Positions 1 through 9,782 of a stretch of DNA of 64,000 bases are shown one piece after another. Location of the stretch: NCBI GenBank assembly GCA_020619395.1, contig GCA_020619395.1_4860.1. The stretch is one strand, 5' to 3'. This DNA comes from a phage. The position numbers and the translations under genes were made by a program. Each line of letters begins with the position of its first letter. The first letter of the stretch is position 1. The notes beneath the pieces were generated by a model. It was not told the origin of the DNA, searched no databases, and saw only the letters and a program-made list of their open reading frames with translations.

Positions 1-126
1 GCCATTAGCCAGAGTGAGCAGATTGATAGTTTTCATTTTCATATTCCTTAAGTGATGGTCGGTTAAAAGATTACCAATGCAATCTCACCTAGGTAATATA
101 TATCTGAAATCTTTTCTAATCTGAGA

Positions 127-167
127 CAAAAAAAGAAAGGGTAAATCCCCCACCGAAGTGGGGGATT
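127..167 (-). terminator. rho-independent terminator after CDS 179..1438
   Basis: Seen in sequence: hairpin 145-166 (atcccccac / cgaa / gtgggggat) with an A-run on the + strand at 127-136, which is a U-run after the hairpin on the - strand. Confidence 0.6.
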
Positions 168-178
168 CGCCAGTCTAA

Positions 179-1438
179 TTACTTAGACTTTTCATACGCA
201 CCGATACCGGCGCTGATGTAGCCGTTAACGCCGGCGATCAGGTTTTTCTGGCCGGTTGCAACGCAACGTTCGGTCCAGGAGATGTACTGGTTCGCAACGG
301 TGATTGCACGACGTGCAACACGGACGTTGGAAGTCAGTTCAGCGTTGTCGTCGATCTTCACGCCGTCGATACGTTTCAGCAGCGCCTCAATAGCCCGCTC
401 GTACGATTCTTGAGCCTGGTTATTTTTGTGGTACGCTTTCACGTTCTCTTCGACTGCTTTACCCAGCTGGTTGAAGAACGCAACCAGAGAAGACAGCGTC
501 TGAGCAGACGGAGTAGAAACAGATTTTTCTACGCTGCCTTCAGCATCGATAACGGTGAAGGAAGCTTCCAGGTCATCCCCGTTCACTTTCACGTCAGCTT
601 TACCGATCTGGTTACCCAGCAGTTGAACTTCGCCCGCTTTGCCTGCAGTGGCTTTGTTAACCGCTGCTGCGAAGCCGCTGTTCAGTTTGCCGCCTTCAAC
701 TGAGCTGACCATGCGGGTTGCATCTTTGACCACTGCTTCCTGCTCGCCGTAGATGCTGCCGATAGTAGACAGAACACCTTTCAGTGCATTGATGTCGTCA
801 CCAACAAACTTACCACCGGTGGTCAGGTTCTTAATGAACCCACCGCTAATGGTGTCTTTCTTCTGCTTGCCCAGGCCACGCAGAGCCGCGTCATATTTCT
901 TAGCGCGTGCCTGAATGGATTTACCCTGGTTGCTGAACTTGAGCCAGCGATCTTTGATTTTACGGCCTTGTTCTTTCAGCCAGTCGAAGATACGCTGCAG
1001 GAACGCTTTGATGTCGTCCCACAGTGATTCGCGAGCAACCTGACGGCGTTTACGTGCGCCGTAAGATTCCTGCGCAACGCTTACGCGGTGATCGAATGCC
1101 CAACGCTTACGGATAGATTCCTGCGCAACGTCCAGCTGCTCAGCAGCTTCGTCAGGCATATCTTCTTCCACTTCCATTGGCTCTTCGCCATCTTCGCCTT
1201 CGCCGTCAGCGGCGGCTTCAGCAGCATCAACTGCATCCAGCTGTGCATCAGTTTCGTCACCGTCTTCTGCCAGCACGTCTGCTTCTGCGTCCAGCTGGTC
1301 GATCGGTTTGGTGTCATGCTCGATGTCAGCCAGAGTACCTTCCACGGACTCAGCCGGCAGCTCGATGCCATCTGGAACGACAGTGCCTGCGCCTTCGACA
1401 GATTCACGAGCGAGTTTACTTTTTACAAAGTTAGCCAT
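179..1438 (-). CDS. tandem paralog A; acidic N-terminal region then basic/Gly-rich body; candidate virion internal (protease-processed) protein
   Basis: 419-aa ORF; N-terminus MANFVKSKLARESVE, internal VAQESIRKRWA and LGKQKK-x-x-ISGGFI, and C-terminal G-x-NGYI-x-AGIGAYEKSK are shared with 1516..2793; own terminator. Function is inference. Confidence 0.6.
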   Translation of the reverse strand: MANFVKSKLARESVEGAGTVVPDGIELPAESVEGTLADIEHDTKPIDQLDAEADVLAEDGDETDAQLDAVDAAEAAADGEGEDGEEPMEVEEDMPDEAAEQLDVAQESIRKRWAFDHRVSVAQESYGARKRRQVARESLWDDIKAFLQRIFDWLKEQGRKIKDRWLKFSNQGKSIQARAKKYDAALRGLGKQKKDTISGGFIKNLTTGGKFVGDDINALKGVLSTIGSIYGEQEAVVKDATRMVSSVEGGKLNSGFAAAVNKATAGKAGEVQLLGNQIGKADVKVNGDDLEASFTVIDAEGSVEKSVSTPSAQTLSSLVAFFNQLGKAVEENVKAYHKNNQAQESYERAIEALLKRIDGVKIDDNAELTSNVRVARRAITVANQYISWTERCVATGQKNLIAGVNGYISAGIGAYEKSK

Positions 1439-1515
1439 CTTTTTCTATCCTCTAGGCGGTACGCCGTGTACCGCCATTAATGATTTGTCAACTGACGTTC
1501 AGTACGTAAAGCGGA

Positions 1516-2793
1516 TTAAGCTTTAGACTTTTCGTACGCGCCAATACCAGCGCCGATGTAGCCGTTCAGGCCGCTAATAACAGTGTTACCAACGTGAGCC
1601 ACAGCACGGTTCAGAGTCTGGTAGTTACGCACAGCCTGGTCAGCTGCAGTACGTGCATTACGCAGCGCTTCCCACTCACCTTCGTCGTTGGATTTTTTCA
1701 GAGCGGCAGCAGCTTTGGCAGCAGCCTCTTCCAGTTTCTCAACGTCAGCGTCGTAGCTGCGGAAGTCTTGCAGGACTTTCTCGAAACCTTTACCGATAAC
1801 GTCCAGGGCAGACGCAGCAGATGCCAGTGCAGAAATAGCCGGAGTAGCGATTTCTTTCGTTTCAGAAACGTCACCCGTCGACAGGAAGGCCACTGCGGTG
1901 AATTCCTGGCCGCCTGCCAGAGTTTTGCTGCCGGTCTGTACATAGGCGTTGCCTGGCAGTGCCAGAACTTTCTGACCGCCTTCGCCGTCTTCGAATTGCG
2001 GCAGTGCGCGCAGTTTCTTCGCAGCGGTACCAAACAGGGCAACGTCAACAGCGCCTTTAGCAGCGGTTGCGGTACCGTCTGAAGTTTTGGTGATCGCTAC
2101 AGCAGAGTCAGCCGCCTGAGAGGACAGCTTGTTGATGGCATCTTTCGCTTTACCGCCGGTCAGCTCTTTCGCGATAGCGATAGAGTTGGCCACATCGAAT
2201 TCACCTTCGATAGACAGTTTGCTAATAAAGCCACCAGAAATGTTTTCTTTCTTCTGTTTGCCGAGCTTACGCAGCATCTCCTGGTAAGCTTTCGCACGTT
2301 TCTGCGCGGACTTACCAACGTTGATGTACTTCAGTTTCAGCTCTTTCGCTTTCGCGATAACTGCTTTACACAGTTCAACGAAGCGTTCGAACAGATCTTT
2401 CAGGGTTTCTTTCCAGCCTTCCTGAGCTGCTTTGGTCATGCCACGGCCACGGCGATAAGATTCGCGCGCCAGTTTGGTACGATCGATAGCCCAACGTTTA
2501 CGGATAGATTCCTGCGCCACTTCGGTGTGAGCGATGGCTTCTTCAGGCATCTCTTCACCGTTTTCGATTTTTTCGTCAGCAGCGTCGATAGCAGCTTCGG
2601 TACGCTCGGTATCAGCAGCCAGAGTTTCCTGGTCGCCATCGAGCTGTTCCAGCTGACCGTCGATAGACGCAACTTCTGCCAGCTGGACGTCGATGTTCTC
2701 TTCTGCCGGTTCAACGTTGCTCAGACCGTCGATTACGTCGCCGGTAGCTTCAACGGACTCGCGGGCGAGTTTACTTTTTACAAAGTTTGCCAT
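1516..2793 (-). CDS. tandem paralog B of 179..1438; candidate virion internal protein
   Basis: 425-aa ORF with the same conserved N-terminal 15 residues, central blocks and C-terminal GAYEKSK motif as paralog A. Confidence 0.6.
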   Translation of the reverse strand: MANFVKSKLARESVEATGDVIDGLSNVEPAEENIDVQLAEVASIDGQLEQLDGDQETLAADTERTEAAIDAADEKIENGEEMPEEAIAHTEVAQESIRKRWAIDRTKLARESYRRGRGMTKAAQEGWKETLKDLFERFVELCKAVIAKAKELKLKYINVGKSAQKRAKAYQEMLRKLGKQKKENISGGFISKLSIEGEFDVANSIAIAKELTGGKAKDAINKLSSQAADSAVAITKTSDGTATAAKGAVDVALFGTAAKKLRALPQFEDGEGGQKVLALPGNAYVQTGSKTLAGGQEFTAVAFLSTGDVSETKEIATPAISALASAASALDVIGKGFEKVLQDFRSYDADVEKLEEAAAKAAAALKKSNDEGEWEALRNARTAADQAVRNYQTLNRAVAHVGNTVISGLNGYIGAGIGAYEKSKA

Positions 2794-2849
2794 TTGTTTC
2801 GGTTCCTTTGGTTATAACCCAATTACACGCCCCTAGATAAGGGGCCCCC

Positions 2850-3407
2850 TTAGGGACGTGCGATTTTTAAAAACACTGCTAACGACGAGATCATATCGGA
2901 TAACCCGTTCGGACGTGTCAACCAACGTGCCAGCAGTTCGTGGTCTGCATAAGATAATAGACGCCGGTCAGGCGTGTACGTCTGATGCGCAGTTCCCATA
3001 CGGCGAACTTGCCCACTACGACCGTAAGCCGCAGCAAGAAGTCGTGAGCCCAGGGAACCGGTTCGCTCTACTTGCTTAGTAGAGTGGATATCGTTCATGT
3101 ACGATACCAGAAGAACGGACCACTGTCCTGTTGACACTGTACGGCGTTTACCGTCAAGTATGAACGATGCAGATTCGTTATAAAACGTATTAAACGTAAA
3201 ACCGACCTGCGGATATTCGTCATATAATACTTGTTGGACAGAGTCAGCGCCCATCATGCGGAAATACGGCAGCACAACGGCTGCAGCTTCCAGGGTTTCA
3301 TGTATCAGTTCGTCGTCATGAACCAGCACGGGGTTTTGGGTCAGTTTCGCCATGTAGTTTTTAATCAACTTCTCGGCGAGGTTAAAATTCTGGTCATTGT
3401 CAAACAT
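2850..3407 (-). CDS. hypothetical protein
   Basis: 185-aa ORF in the minus-strand gene block; no motif recognised. Confidence 0.55.
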   Translation of the reverse strand: MFDNDQNFNLAEKLIKNYMAKLTQNPVLVHDDELIHETLEAAAVVLPYFRMMGADSVQQVLYDEYPQVGFTFNTFYNESASFILDGKRRTVSTGQWSVLLVSYMNDIHSTKQVERTGSLGSRLLAAAYGRSGQVRRMGTAHQTYTPDRRLLSYADHELLARWLTRPNGLSDMISSLAVFLKIARP

Positions 3408-3430
3408 GAGACTCTCCTGATAATACGGCC

Positions 3431-4363
3431 TTAAACCAGACCGTATTTTTTCTCCAGACGTTCACGTTTGTACTTGAGTTCCATCAAGCGCTTTTCGTGT
3501 GCTTCGATGAGTTTCTCAATGTGCACGTCCCCTTCACCGGCAGCCTGTTGTTTCTTGTACAACAGAATACGCAGCTCAGTCGCTTTCGCGGCTTCCACGC
3601 ACTCGTCATAACGATCCATTTGCCATTCTGCAATATTCAGACGCACGCGGTAGACAATTGACAGCGGGAACGGAACGGAGGACATACCCAGTGGATCAGT
3701 GGTGTTCGAACCGAACTGCTGAACCAATTGGCTATATGTCTCTTCGTCAAACACCGCTTCAGGTATCTCAGCGTAGTCTGCTTTCAGTTTGGTAATGGGG
3801 GTTGCCAGGACGCGCACCGCAATACAGAAAGACGTCTTACGGGTTTGCAGATACTGAAGGTCTTTCGGACCGATTCCCTTCACTGCAATGTTCGAGTCTT
3901 GTACAGCGGCAATCTCTTCGGCCGTGATGTAGTTAATCAGGGTGCTAGCGTAACCGACGAAGAATTCGATCATATCCAGCAACTGCAACACGGTTTGTTT
4001 GTTGAACGTTAGAGATGAAGTCACCAACGTCTTCCCGATGTCGCGGTCGATACACTGCTCCAGGAAAGGTCGCAGCGCCTGTACGTTCTGCATAGACGCG
4101 ATGACGTACTCCAGCATACTTGCGTTACGTAACCCTTTAACTTCCAAACCGGAGCTATGCAGGTACTTAACGATTTCAGTAGAAAGGTCTGCAACAGGCT
4201 TCGCTTTAAATGGCTTACCCTGGACACTTCCCACCAGTTCCTGGAGGTTCTGGAACTGTGGCTCTAACGCAGCAATCGAGTCGCAGTTAGATGACAGTTG
4301 GTTTTTTAAGTTCGTGGCTTCGAAGCTCGGCAGCAACATCGCCAACATATTCGGAATCGGCAT
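3431..4363 (-). CDS. hypothetical protein
   Basis: ORF-track 3431..4408 trimmed to the internal Met (ATG at 4363) that has an upstream AAGGGGA Shine-Dalgarno-like tract and removes the overlap with 4374..5492. Confidence 0.5.
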   Translation of the reverse strand: MPIPNMLAMLLPSFEATNLKNQLSSNCDSIAALEPQFQNLQELVGSVQGKPFKAKPVADLSTEIVKYLHSSGLEVKGLRNASMLEYVIASMQNVQALRPFLEQCIDRDIGKTLVTSSLTFNKQTVLQLLDMIEFFVGYASTLINYITAEEIAAVQDSNIAVKGIGPKDLQYLQTRKTSFCIAVRVLATPITKLKADYAEIPEAVFDEETYSQLVQQFGSNTTDPLGMSSVPFPLSIVYRVRLNIAEWQMDRYDECVEAAKATELRILLYKKQQAAGEGDVHIEKLIEAHEKRLMELKYKRERLEKKYGLV

Positions 4364-4373
4364 TCTTTTCCCC

Positions 4374-5492
4374 TTACAGTACCGGATTCGCGCCGACGCG
4401 ATAGGCATCGATGATTTTGTTTACATCGCCGCTACCGGACTTCGCCTTGCTAAAGTCTGATTTGTCGAGTTCTTGAGACCCGGTCTGACCACGCGTATAA
4501 ATGGTTACACGGTTCCAGGTCTGGTCGACAACCACGTAGTAAACAGTCAGGGTGTCTTTGAACACACGCTGGCGGATATTGTAATCATCGAAGTCACCGC
4601 CCAGCTGAGCAGTCAGATCGTCGATAGTTTCTTGAGAAACCACCATAACCGAAGACGCGTTGTTGATGGATGGGCTCAGCGTCAGCAGGCCAGACAGCCA
4701 GTTGGCGTTTTTCTTTTCCATCATCTTACGGTAATAACCGGACTTATCACGGAAGCGGTTCTTACGGTATTCTTCAATGAGGTCATTACACAGCGCGATA
4801 TCTTTCGCGTAGCTGAGAGAACCGACCTTCGCACGCAGCACACGTTCCCAGAAGGTTTTGGTTTGATCGCTGAACGCAATGAGCGTTTTCATTTCGTCGG
4901 TCGGCAGAGACTTCACATCAAGACGCAGACGCATCGGCAGCTCGACTTTATTACCGTCACGTTCGAAGGTAACAGAGAACACTTTACCGTTGGACAGACC
5001 TTCTTGATCATGCAGGAGCTTCAGCGTGTTGTTCGGCAGCACAGAACCTGCGGACGATTCAGTCGCTACTTTGTTATCGGATTTCTGGCGACGGGATTCA
5101 CCGACCGCAAGCCCGATTTTATCGTATGACGGCAGCGTGTGACGGGAGGACTCGCCGATTGCGAAAGACGCTAAGCGAGAACCCGAACGTGCAGCCGCAT
5201 CGAGGGCATTACGACGGGTGCTAACCTGGTCAAGCGTACCAAGGATATCAACCTCAGGAACACCCACCAGAATTGAGATGGCGGTAAGTTGGTTGCCCGC
5301 GAGCAGGATTTGGATTTTCTCCAGAATACCTGGCAGGTAATCTAAGCCCAACAGACTTTGTTCAACCAGCGTGGTGTGCTCGTTGTACAGCACAGAGTTG
5401 AATTCTTCCGTCGATTCCGCCCGCTGGCGAAGCAGCATGGGAAACTTAGAAAGAAAGGAGACGAGCGATGTCTCAAATGTTTTTTCTGCCAT
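4374..5492 (-). CDS. hypothetical protein
   Basis: 372-aa ORF; divergent from the + strand gene at 5515 with only a 22-bp gap. Confidence 0.6.
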   Translation of the reverse strand: MAEKTFETSLVSFLSKFPMLLRQRAESTEEFNSVLYNEHTTLVEQSLLGLDYLPGILEKIQILLAGNQLTAISILVGVPEVDILGTLDQVSTRRNALDAAARSGSRLASFAIGESSRHTLPSYDKIGLAVGESRRQKSDNKVATESSAGSVLPNNTLKLLHDQEGLSNGKVFSVTFERDGNKVELPMRLRLDVKSLPTDEMKTLIAFSDQTKTFWERVLRAKVGSLSYAKDIALCNDLIEEYRKNRFRDKSGYYRKMMEKKNANWLSGLLTLSPSINNASSVMVVSQETIDDLTAQLGGDFDDYNIRQRVFKDTLTVYYVVVDQTWNRVTIYTRGQTGSQELDKSDFSKAKSGSGDVNKIIDAYRVGANPVL

Positions 5493-5514
5493 TTTTAACT
5501 AAACTCCGGAGTTA

Positions 5515-6777
5515 ATGATGAGTAACGAGACCGATAAGAACGATCCGGGGTATGACCCGAATACCGACTACGACAATTCGTATCAAAACCCGAATAATAT
5601 CGATGCAGTACCATCGGTCGCCGACTACTTTGACCGTCGACTGTCCGATGCGAAACCCACCACGGCGTACAACGTTAATGATGAGTTATCGGGTTGGAAT
5701 GACCGTATCCGTCTTACGTTAGGTTTGGGTCTGGCTGCGCAGCGTGTGACCAACCCCTACATGGGGTTCAACCATATGATGGCGTCGAACCCGACGCCTG
5801 TTAACCGTGAGTACGGTGGCCTAACCTTCATTACCCGCCCTGACTTCAACTTGTGCTTTGACAACATTGCCAACTCGCGCAAGATGTCGAACATGGCTTC
5901 TCAGCCGAAATCGTCACTCGACTATTCCATTCTGGCAGCGTTAGACCCAGATTTTGAATTGGGGTTCTCTGATTCACCGATGGAAGATGGGCGAAGAAAG
6001 AACCGTTTGGGCACGCCATTCATGAAGGACATTATGTTTGACAATCTTCAGGCATTCATACCATTGCTGAGTACGCAGATGCTGAGCCTCTCGGGGATGC
6101 CTGACCAGTCTGTCGATAACTGGATGTCTGAAGAAGGTTTAATGCGCGAACAGTGGGGTATGGTTGACTCCACACATGAAATCAATAACCAGTACAGTAT
6201 GTCGATGTCGCTGAACAACCCATACGGCAACCCTATCATGCGAATGATGGGCGTGTGGCTGGAGTATATGTCCGGCATTAAGATGGGTAAGTTCAAACCG
6301 AAGATGCGTAACTCCATCCAACGCCGCATTGACTACCAGTCGAGGATGTACGGGTTTAAATACGACGCGCTCGGAAACATCACTCGTTTCTGGACAGCGT
6401 GTGTTTGTTGGCCGATGAACGATAACGCCGGTCAAATGGCGAATGTCGATAACACCAAGCCTCAATTAAATGACGACACCACAATTAACCTCAACTGGCA
6501 ATGTATCGGGGCGCGCTTCGATGACCCATTGTACATGGAGATGTTCAACTTGACGGTGTCTATGTTTAACCCGGATATGATGCCGCAACCAGGGAGTGTT
6601 GCAGCGGGTAACTTTATCCCGATTGCTGAAGACCAGCTTGTGCCGATTGCACCACAGCTACTACCGCTGTTCAACTACTACGGCTATCCGCACATCGACT
6701 CCCTGCGTCGTAAACTGACCTGGTATGTTTATCAGGCAGATTACCAATTCATCCTTAAACGAGCGGGCTTACTGTAA
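5515..6777 (+). CDS. hypothetical protein
   Basis: 420-aa ORF; its stop overlaps the start of the next gene (TAATG at 6775-6779). Confidence 0.6.
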   Translation: MMSNETDKNDPGYDPNTDYDNSYQNPNNIDAVPSVADYFDRRLSDAKPTTAYNVNDELSGWNDRIRLTLGLGLAAQRVTNPYMGFNHMMASNPTPVNREYGGLTFITRPDFNLCFDNIANSRKMSNMASQPKSSLDYSILAALDPDFELGFSDSPMEDGRRKNRLGTPFMKDIMFDNLQAFIPLLSTQMLSLSGMPDQSVDNWMSEEGLMREQWGMVDSTHEINNQYSMSMSLNNPYGNPIMRMMGVWLEYMSGIKMGKFKPKMRNSIQRRIDYQSRMYGFKYDALGNITRFWTACVCWPMNDNAGQMANVDNTKPQLNDDTTINLNWQCIGARFDDPLYMEMFNLTVSMFNPDMMPQPGSVAAGNFIPIAEDQLVPIAPQLLPLFNYYGYPHIDSLRRKLTWYVYQADYQFILKRAGLL

Positions 6778-9737
6778 TGACTACGAAAACGTACGACGCA
6801 TTATCGAAAGACTTGCTGCTGATGGCACATAACCCATCGGCAATGCAGTCATTAATGCTGAACCAGCTCCAAGACGTGCAGGACGCCGACGGGCAAATCC
6901 TGCTACGTGACCCGACCGACCCGGTGGTCTACATGACCGAGGTCGGAATTACGATGGGCCACACTATTATCCAGGGCGATCGGGACACCATTCCGAAAAT
7001 GTTCCCCTCTATGGCACAAACTCACGATGATCTGTTCCGCCACATGTCTGACGTGGATTATGTCGATGTTTTTGCCCAGCCATCACAAGCGACCTTACTG
7101 TTGCTTCTAGATGTCGACTCTCTATTAGCGAAGGCGATGCCGTTAAACGTGGCAGGTATTCGTAAAGTCGTGATTCCACGGGATACCGTCTTTACTGTTT
7201 CAGGTTACAACTTTGCCATTCAGTATCCCATCGAAATTCGAGTGCTGCCGTATGGTACCGTTGATAATCCAGCCTTCCAGGTCTTGTGGATTACCGAAAC
7301 CCAGTCACCGATATCGCCCGTAACCACTAACGCGTTGGACTGGGAACTGACAAGTGTTCCTAGCACACCGTCGCAGATACTGGCTATCCGTATTCCGGTG
7401 ATGCAGTACAGTGTAAAGGACGAGAACGATACGTTGTTGGGGCAGAACACGTTTGTGATGACGCGCACGTTCACCAACAAGTTCTTCTACGCACGGGTGT
7501 GGAATAAACCGTCCAATTCAAACACCTGGACAGAAATCCACCACACGCACAGTCGTGACGTTTACGATCCAAACACGCCTACGGCGCTGATTCAAGTCGT
7601 TAACCAGTCCATTCGTTGTACGATACCGTCTATCTACATGGCGAAGAACCTGGTAAGTGGTGAAATCCGCATGGACGTATATACGACCATCGGGCCACTC
7701 GACCTCGACGTTTCTGCATTCCCGGCGGACGAGTACACCTTCTCATTGCGCGACTTGAACGGTGAATACGATGCGGGATACATCAACCCGTTAAAATCAT
7801 TCTCCATCAAAATGCTGGTTGCGGAAGAAGGCAGTTACGCCACCGGGGGCCGTACACAACTTTCGTTTGATGAGTTGCGTGACCGTGTGGTAAACAATGC
7901 AGTGGGGATTCGCAAACTGCCAGTAACAGAGAAGCAGTTAGAAGCCACGGTATCGGATTACGGCCTGACCTTGTCTAAGCCAAACGACTACGTAACTGGG
8001 CGTACTTACTTCCTGACTGCGCCGATGCCGGAGTCCACGTTATCTAAAGTGAGTTCCCCTATCGGGACCATCACCGCCCCGCTGTACTTTAGCTGGGATG
8101 AACTGGTGAAACTGCCGACGGTCCGTATTAACGGCAACCGTTTGACGATTGAGCCAGATACACTGTATCGCTTTACGGATACCAGTCTGCAAATCGATGC
8201 GGAGATGACCATCCTTGCGAAGACCATGCGTAAAGAAGATTTGGTTAACGCGGGTAACACTAACCGTTACCTGTTCACGCCGTTCCATTACGTGGTGGAC
8301 ATTAACAACAAATCTTGCGATGTTCGTATTTACCAACTCGATAAACCGCAGTTGAACTCAAAACGTTTCGTTAGCACCAACGTGACAACGGAGCTGAGTG
8401 TTGTCACTGCAGATTATCAGATTGAGAAAACGGCCGAAGGTTATATCCTGCGCACTGTGACTAAATCAGAACCGCCATACCAGGCGTTAAGTGATGACCA
8501 AGTCTTTGCGCAGATTTCCTTCTCGCCACGCAACGCAGACGGTAAGTTGGCGTACATCAACGGCACCTTAGTGGGTCGTCAAGGTTCGGAGCGTGTATGG
8601 GAATTCTTGTTGAAAACCAATCTCGATGTTGACCGTAACGATGAGTTGATTATCAACAACACCCGAATCACCACCGAAGTGGATGTGGACACACCTGCAC
8701 CGTTGTTAACCGAGTATAACGTGTTCTACGGCTGTACGGGTTACTACCCCGGTAATTACGAACGCGCTGAAATGGATACAATGATTGTACCGCCTGCGCG
8801 CGATGGTATTGGGATTACACATGAGATTTTCAAAATCGAGCTGGGTAAAGCCATGTCCTATTACTGGCGAAAAGCACGTGCAGTAACGGACAGCATCAAC
8901 TACGAATACTACCAGGAGGACGTTCTGGCGTATTGGGAAAAGGATGTTATTAAAACCAAAGACGATGGCGTAACACCTGAGTACACGTACGACCCTGATG
9001 CTGTTCCACCGTTGCAAATCACGTACCTGCATCGTAAAGGCGATCCGAAGATAGACCCGAAGACCGGTGAACAAGAAATCGCTCACCACATTGGGGAACA
9101 AATCTTCGACGGGAACGGTCAGCCTATTATTGCGAAGCCGCGCAGTATTAAGTTCCGTAGTGAAATGGCTGTATTCGATGCCCGTTATAAGTTCGCAACC
9201 TCGAAAGCGGTTAAAGCGTACCTTGATAGCGTGATTGACAATATCATCAACTACGTTACGGTGGTACTACCGAATCTGAAACCGCTGCTGTTGGAGCAAA
9301 CTGAAGGCTTCTTTGTTCCTATCACCACGATGGGTTATATCGATGTACGTACCGAAGACGGAGTTGTGTCACCGTTGCCTGCTGAAAACCAGTTCACTGT
9401 CAAATATTACCTCACGGCAGCGAACCGAGCAAACAGCGAGCTTCTGGCACAAATCCGGAAACGGACTTCGCAAGTCATTAACGACTATCTGTCAACACAT
9501 CTGACCGTTTCAGCAACCGAGATCGGTAATGCGTTACGCAATACGCTTAACGATGCCATTATCGGTGTTGAACTCGACGACATGGGGCCAGATAAAGACC
9601 TGCGACTGTTCACTGTCATTACCGAAGCAGCGCGAGCTACAATTGGTAAGAAACTCGATATTGAAGCCAACGGCGACATCGGTTTGAAAGATGACATCGT
9701 ACTGTCGTACAACCGTCACGATACCGAAAAAGAATAA
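6777..9737 (+). CDS. large hypothetical protein (986 aa), possibly structural
   Basis: Long uninterrupted ORF, translationally coupled to 5515..6777, followed by a strong terminator; no catalytic motif recognised. Confidence 0.65.
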   Translation: MTTKTYDALSKDLLLMAHNPSAMQSLMLNQLQDVQDADGQILLRDPTDPVVYMTEVGITMGHTIIQGDRDTIPKMFPSMAQTHDDLFRHMSDVDYVDVFAQPSQATLLLLLDVDSLLAKAMPLNVAGIRKVVIPRDTVFTVSGYNFAIQYPIEIRVLPYGTVDNPAFQVLWITETQSPISPVTTNALDWELTSVPSTPSQILAIRIPVMQYSVKDENDTLLGQNTFVMTRTFTNKFFYARVWNKPSNSNTWTEIHHTHSRDVYDPNTPTALIQVVNQSIRCTIPSIYMAKNLVSGEIRMDVYTTIGPLDLDVSAFPADEYTFSLRDLNGEYDAGYINPLKSFSIKMLVAEEGSYATGGRTQLSFDELRDRVVNNAVGIRKLPVTEKQLEATVSDYGLTLSKPNDYVTGRTYFLTAPMPESTLSKVSSPIGTITAPLYFSWDELVKLPTVRINGNRLTIEPDTLYRFTDTSLQIDAEMTILAKTMRKEDLVNAGNTNRYLFTPFHYVVDINNKSCDVRIYQLDKPQLNSKRFVSTNVTTELSVVTADYQIEKTAEGYILRTVTKSEPPYQALSDDQVFAQISFSPRNADGKLAYINGTLVGRQGSERVWEFLLKTNLDVDRNDELIINNTRITTEVDVDTPAPLLTEYNVFYGCTGYYPGNYERAEMDTMIVPPARDGIGITHEIFKIELGKAMSYYWRKARAVTDSINYEYYQEDVLAYWEKDVIKTKDDGVTPEYTYDPDAVPPLQITYLHRKGDPKIDPKTGEQEIAHHIGEQIFDGNGQPIIAKPRSIKFRSEMAVFDARYKFATSKAVKAYLDSVIDNIINYVTVVLPNLKPLLLEQTEGFFVPITTMGYIDVRTEDGVVSPLPAENQFTVKYYLTAANRANSELLAQIRKRTSQVINDYLSTHLTVSATEIGNALRNTLNDAIIGVELDDMGPDKDLRLFTVITEAARATIGKKLDIEANGDIGLKDDIVLSYNRHDTEKE

Positions 9738-9782
9738 AAAGCACTACCCTCTCCCGAAGGAGAGGGTAGCCTTTTATTTTAT
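9727..9782. terminator. bidirectional rho-independent terminator
   Basis: Hairpin 9744-9769 (ctaccctctcc / cgaa / ggagagggtag) with A-run 9727-9740 before and T-run 9771-9780 after; sits between convergent genes. Confidence 0.65.
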
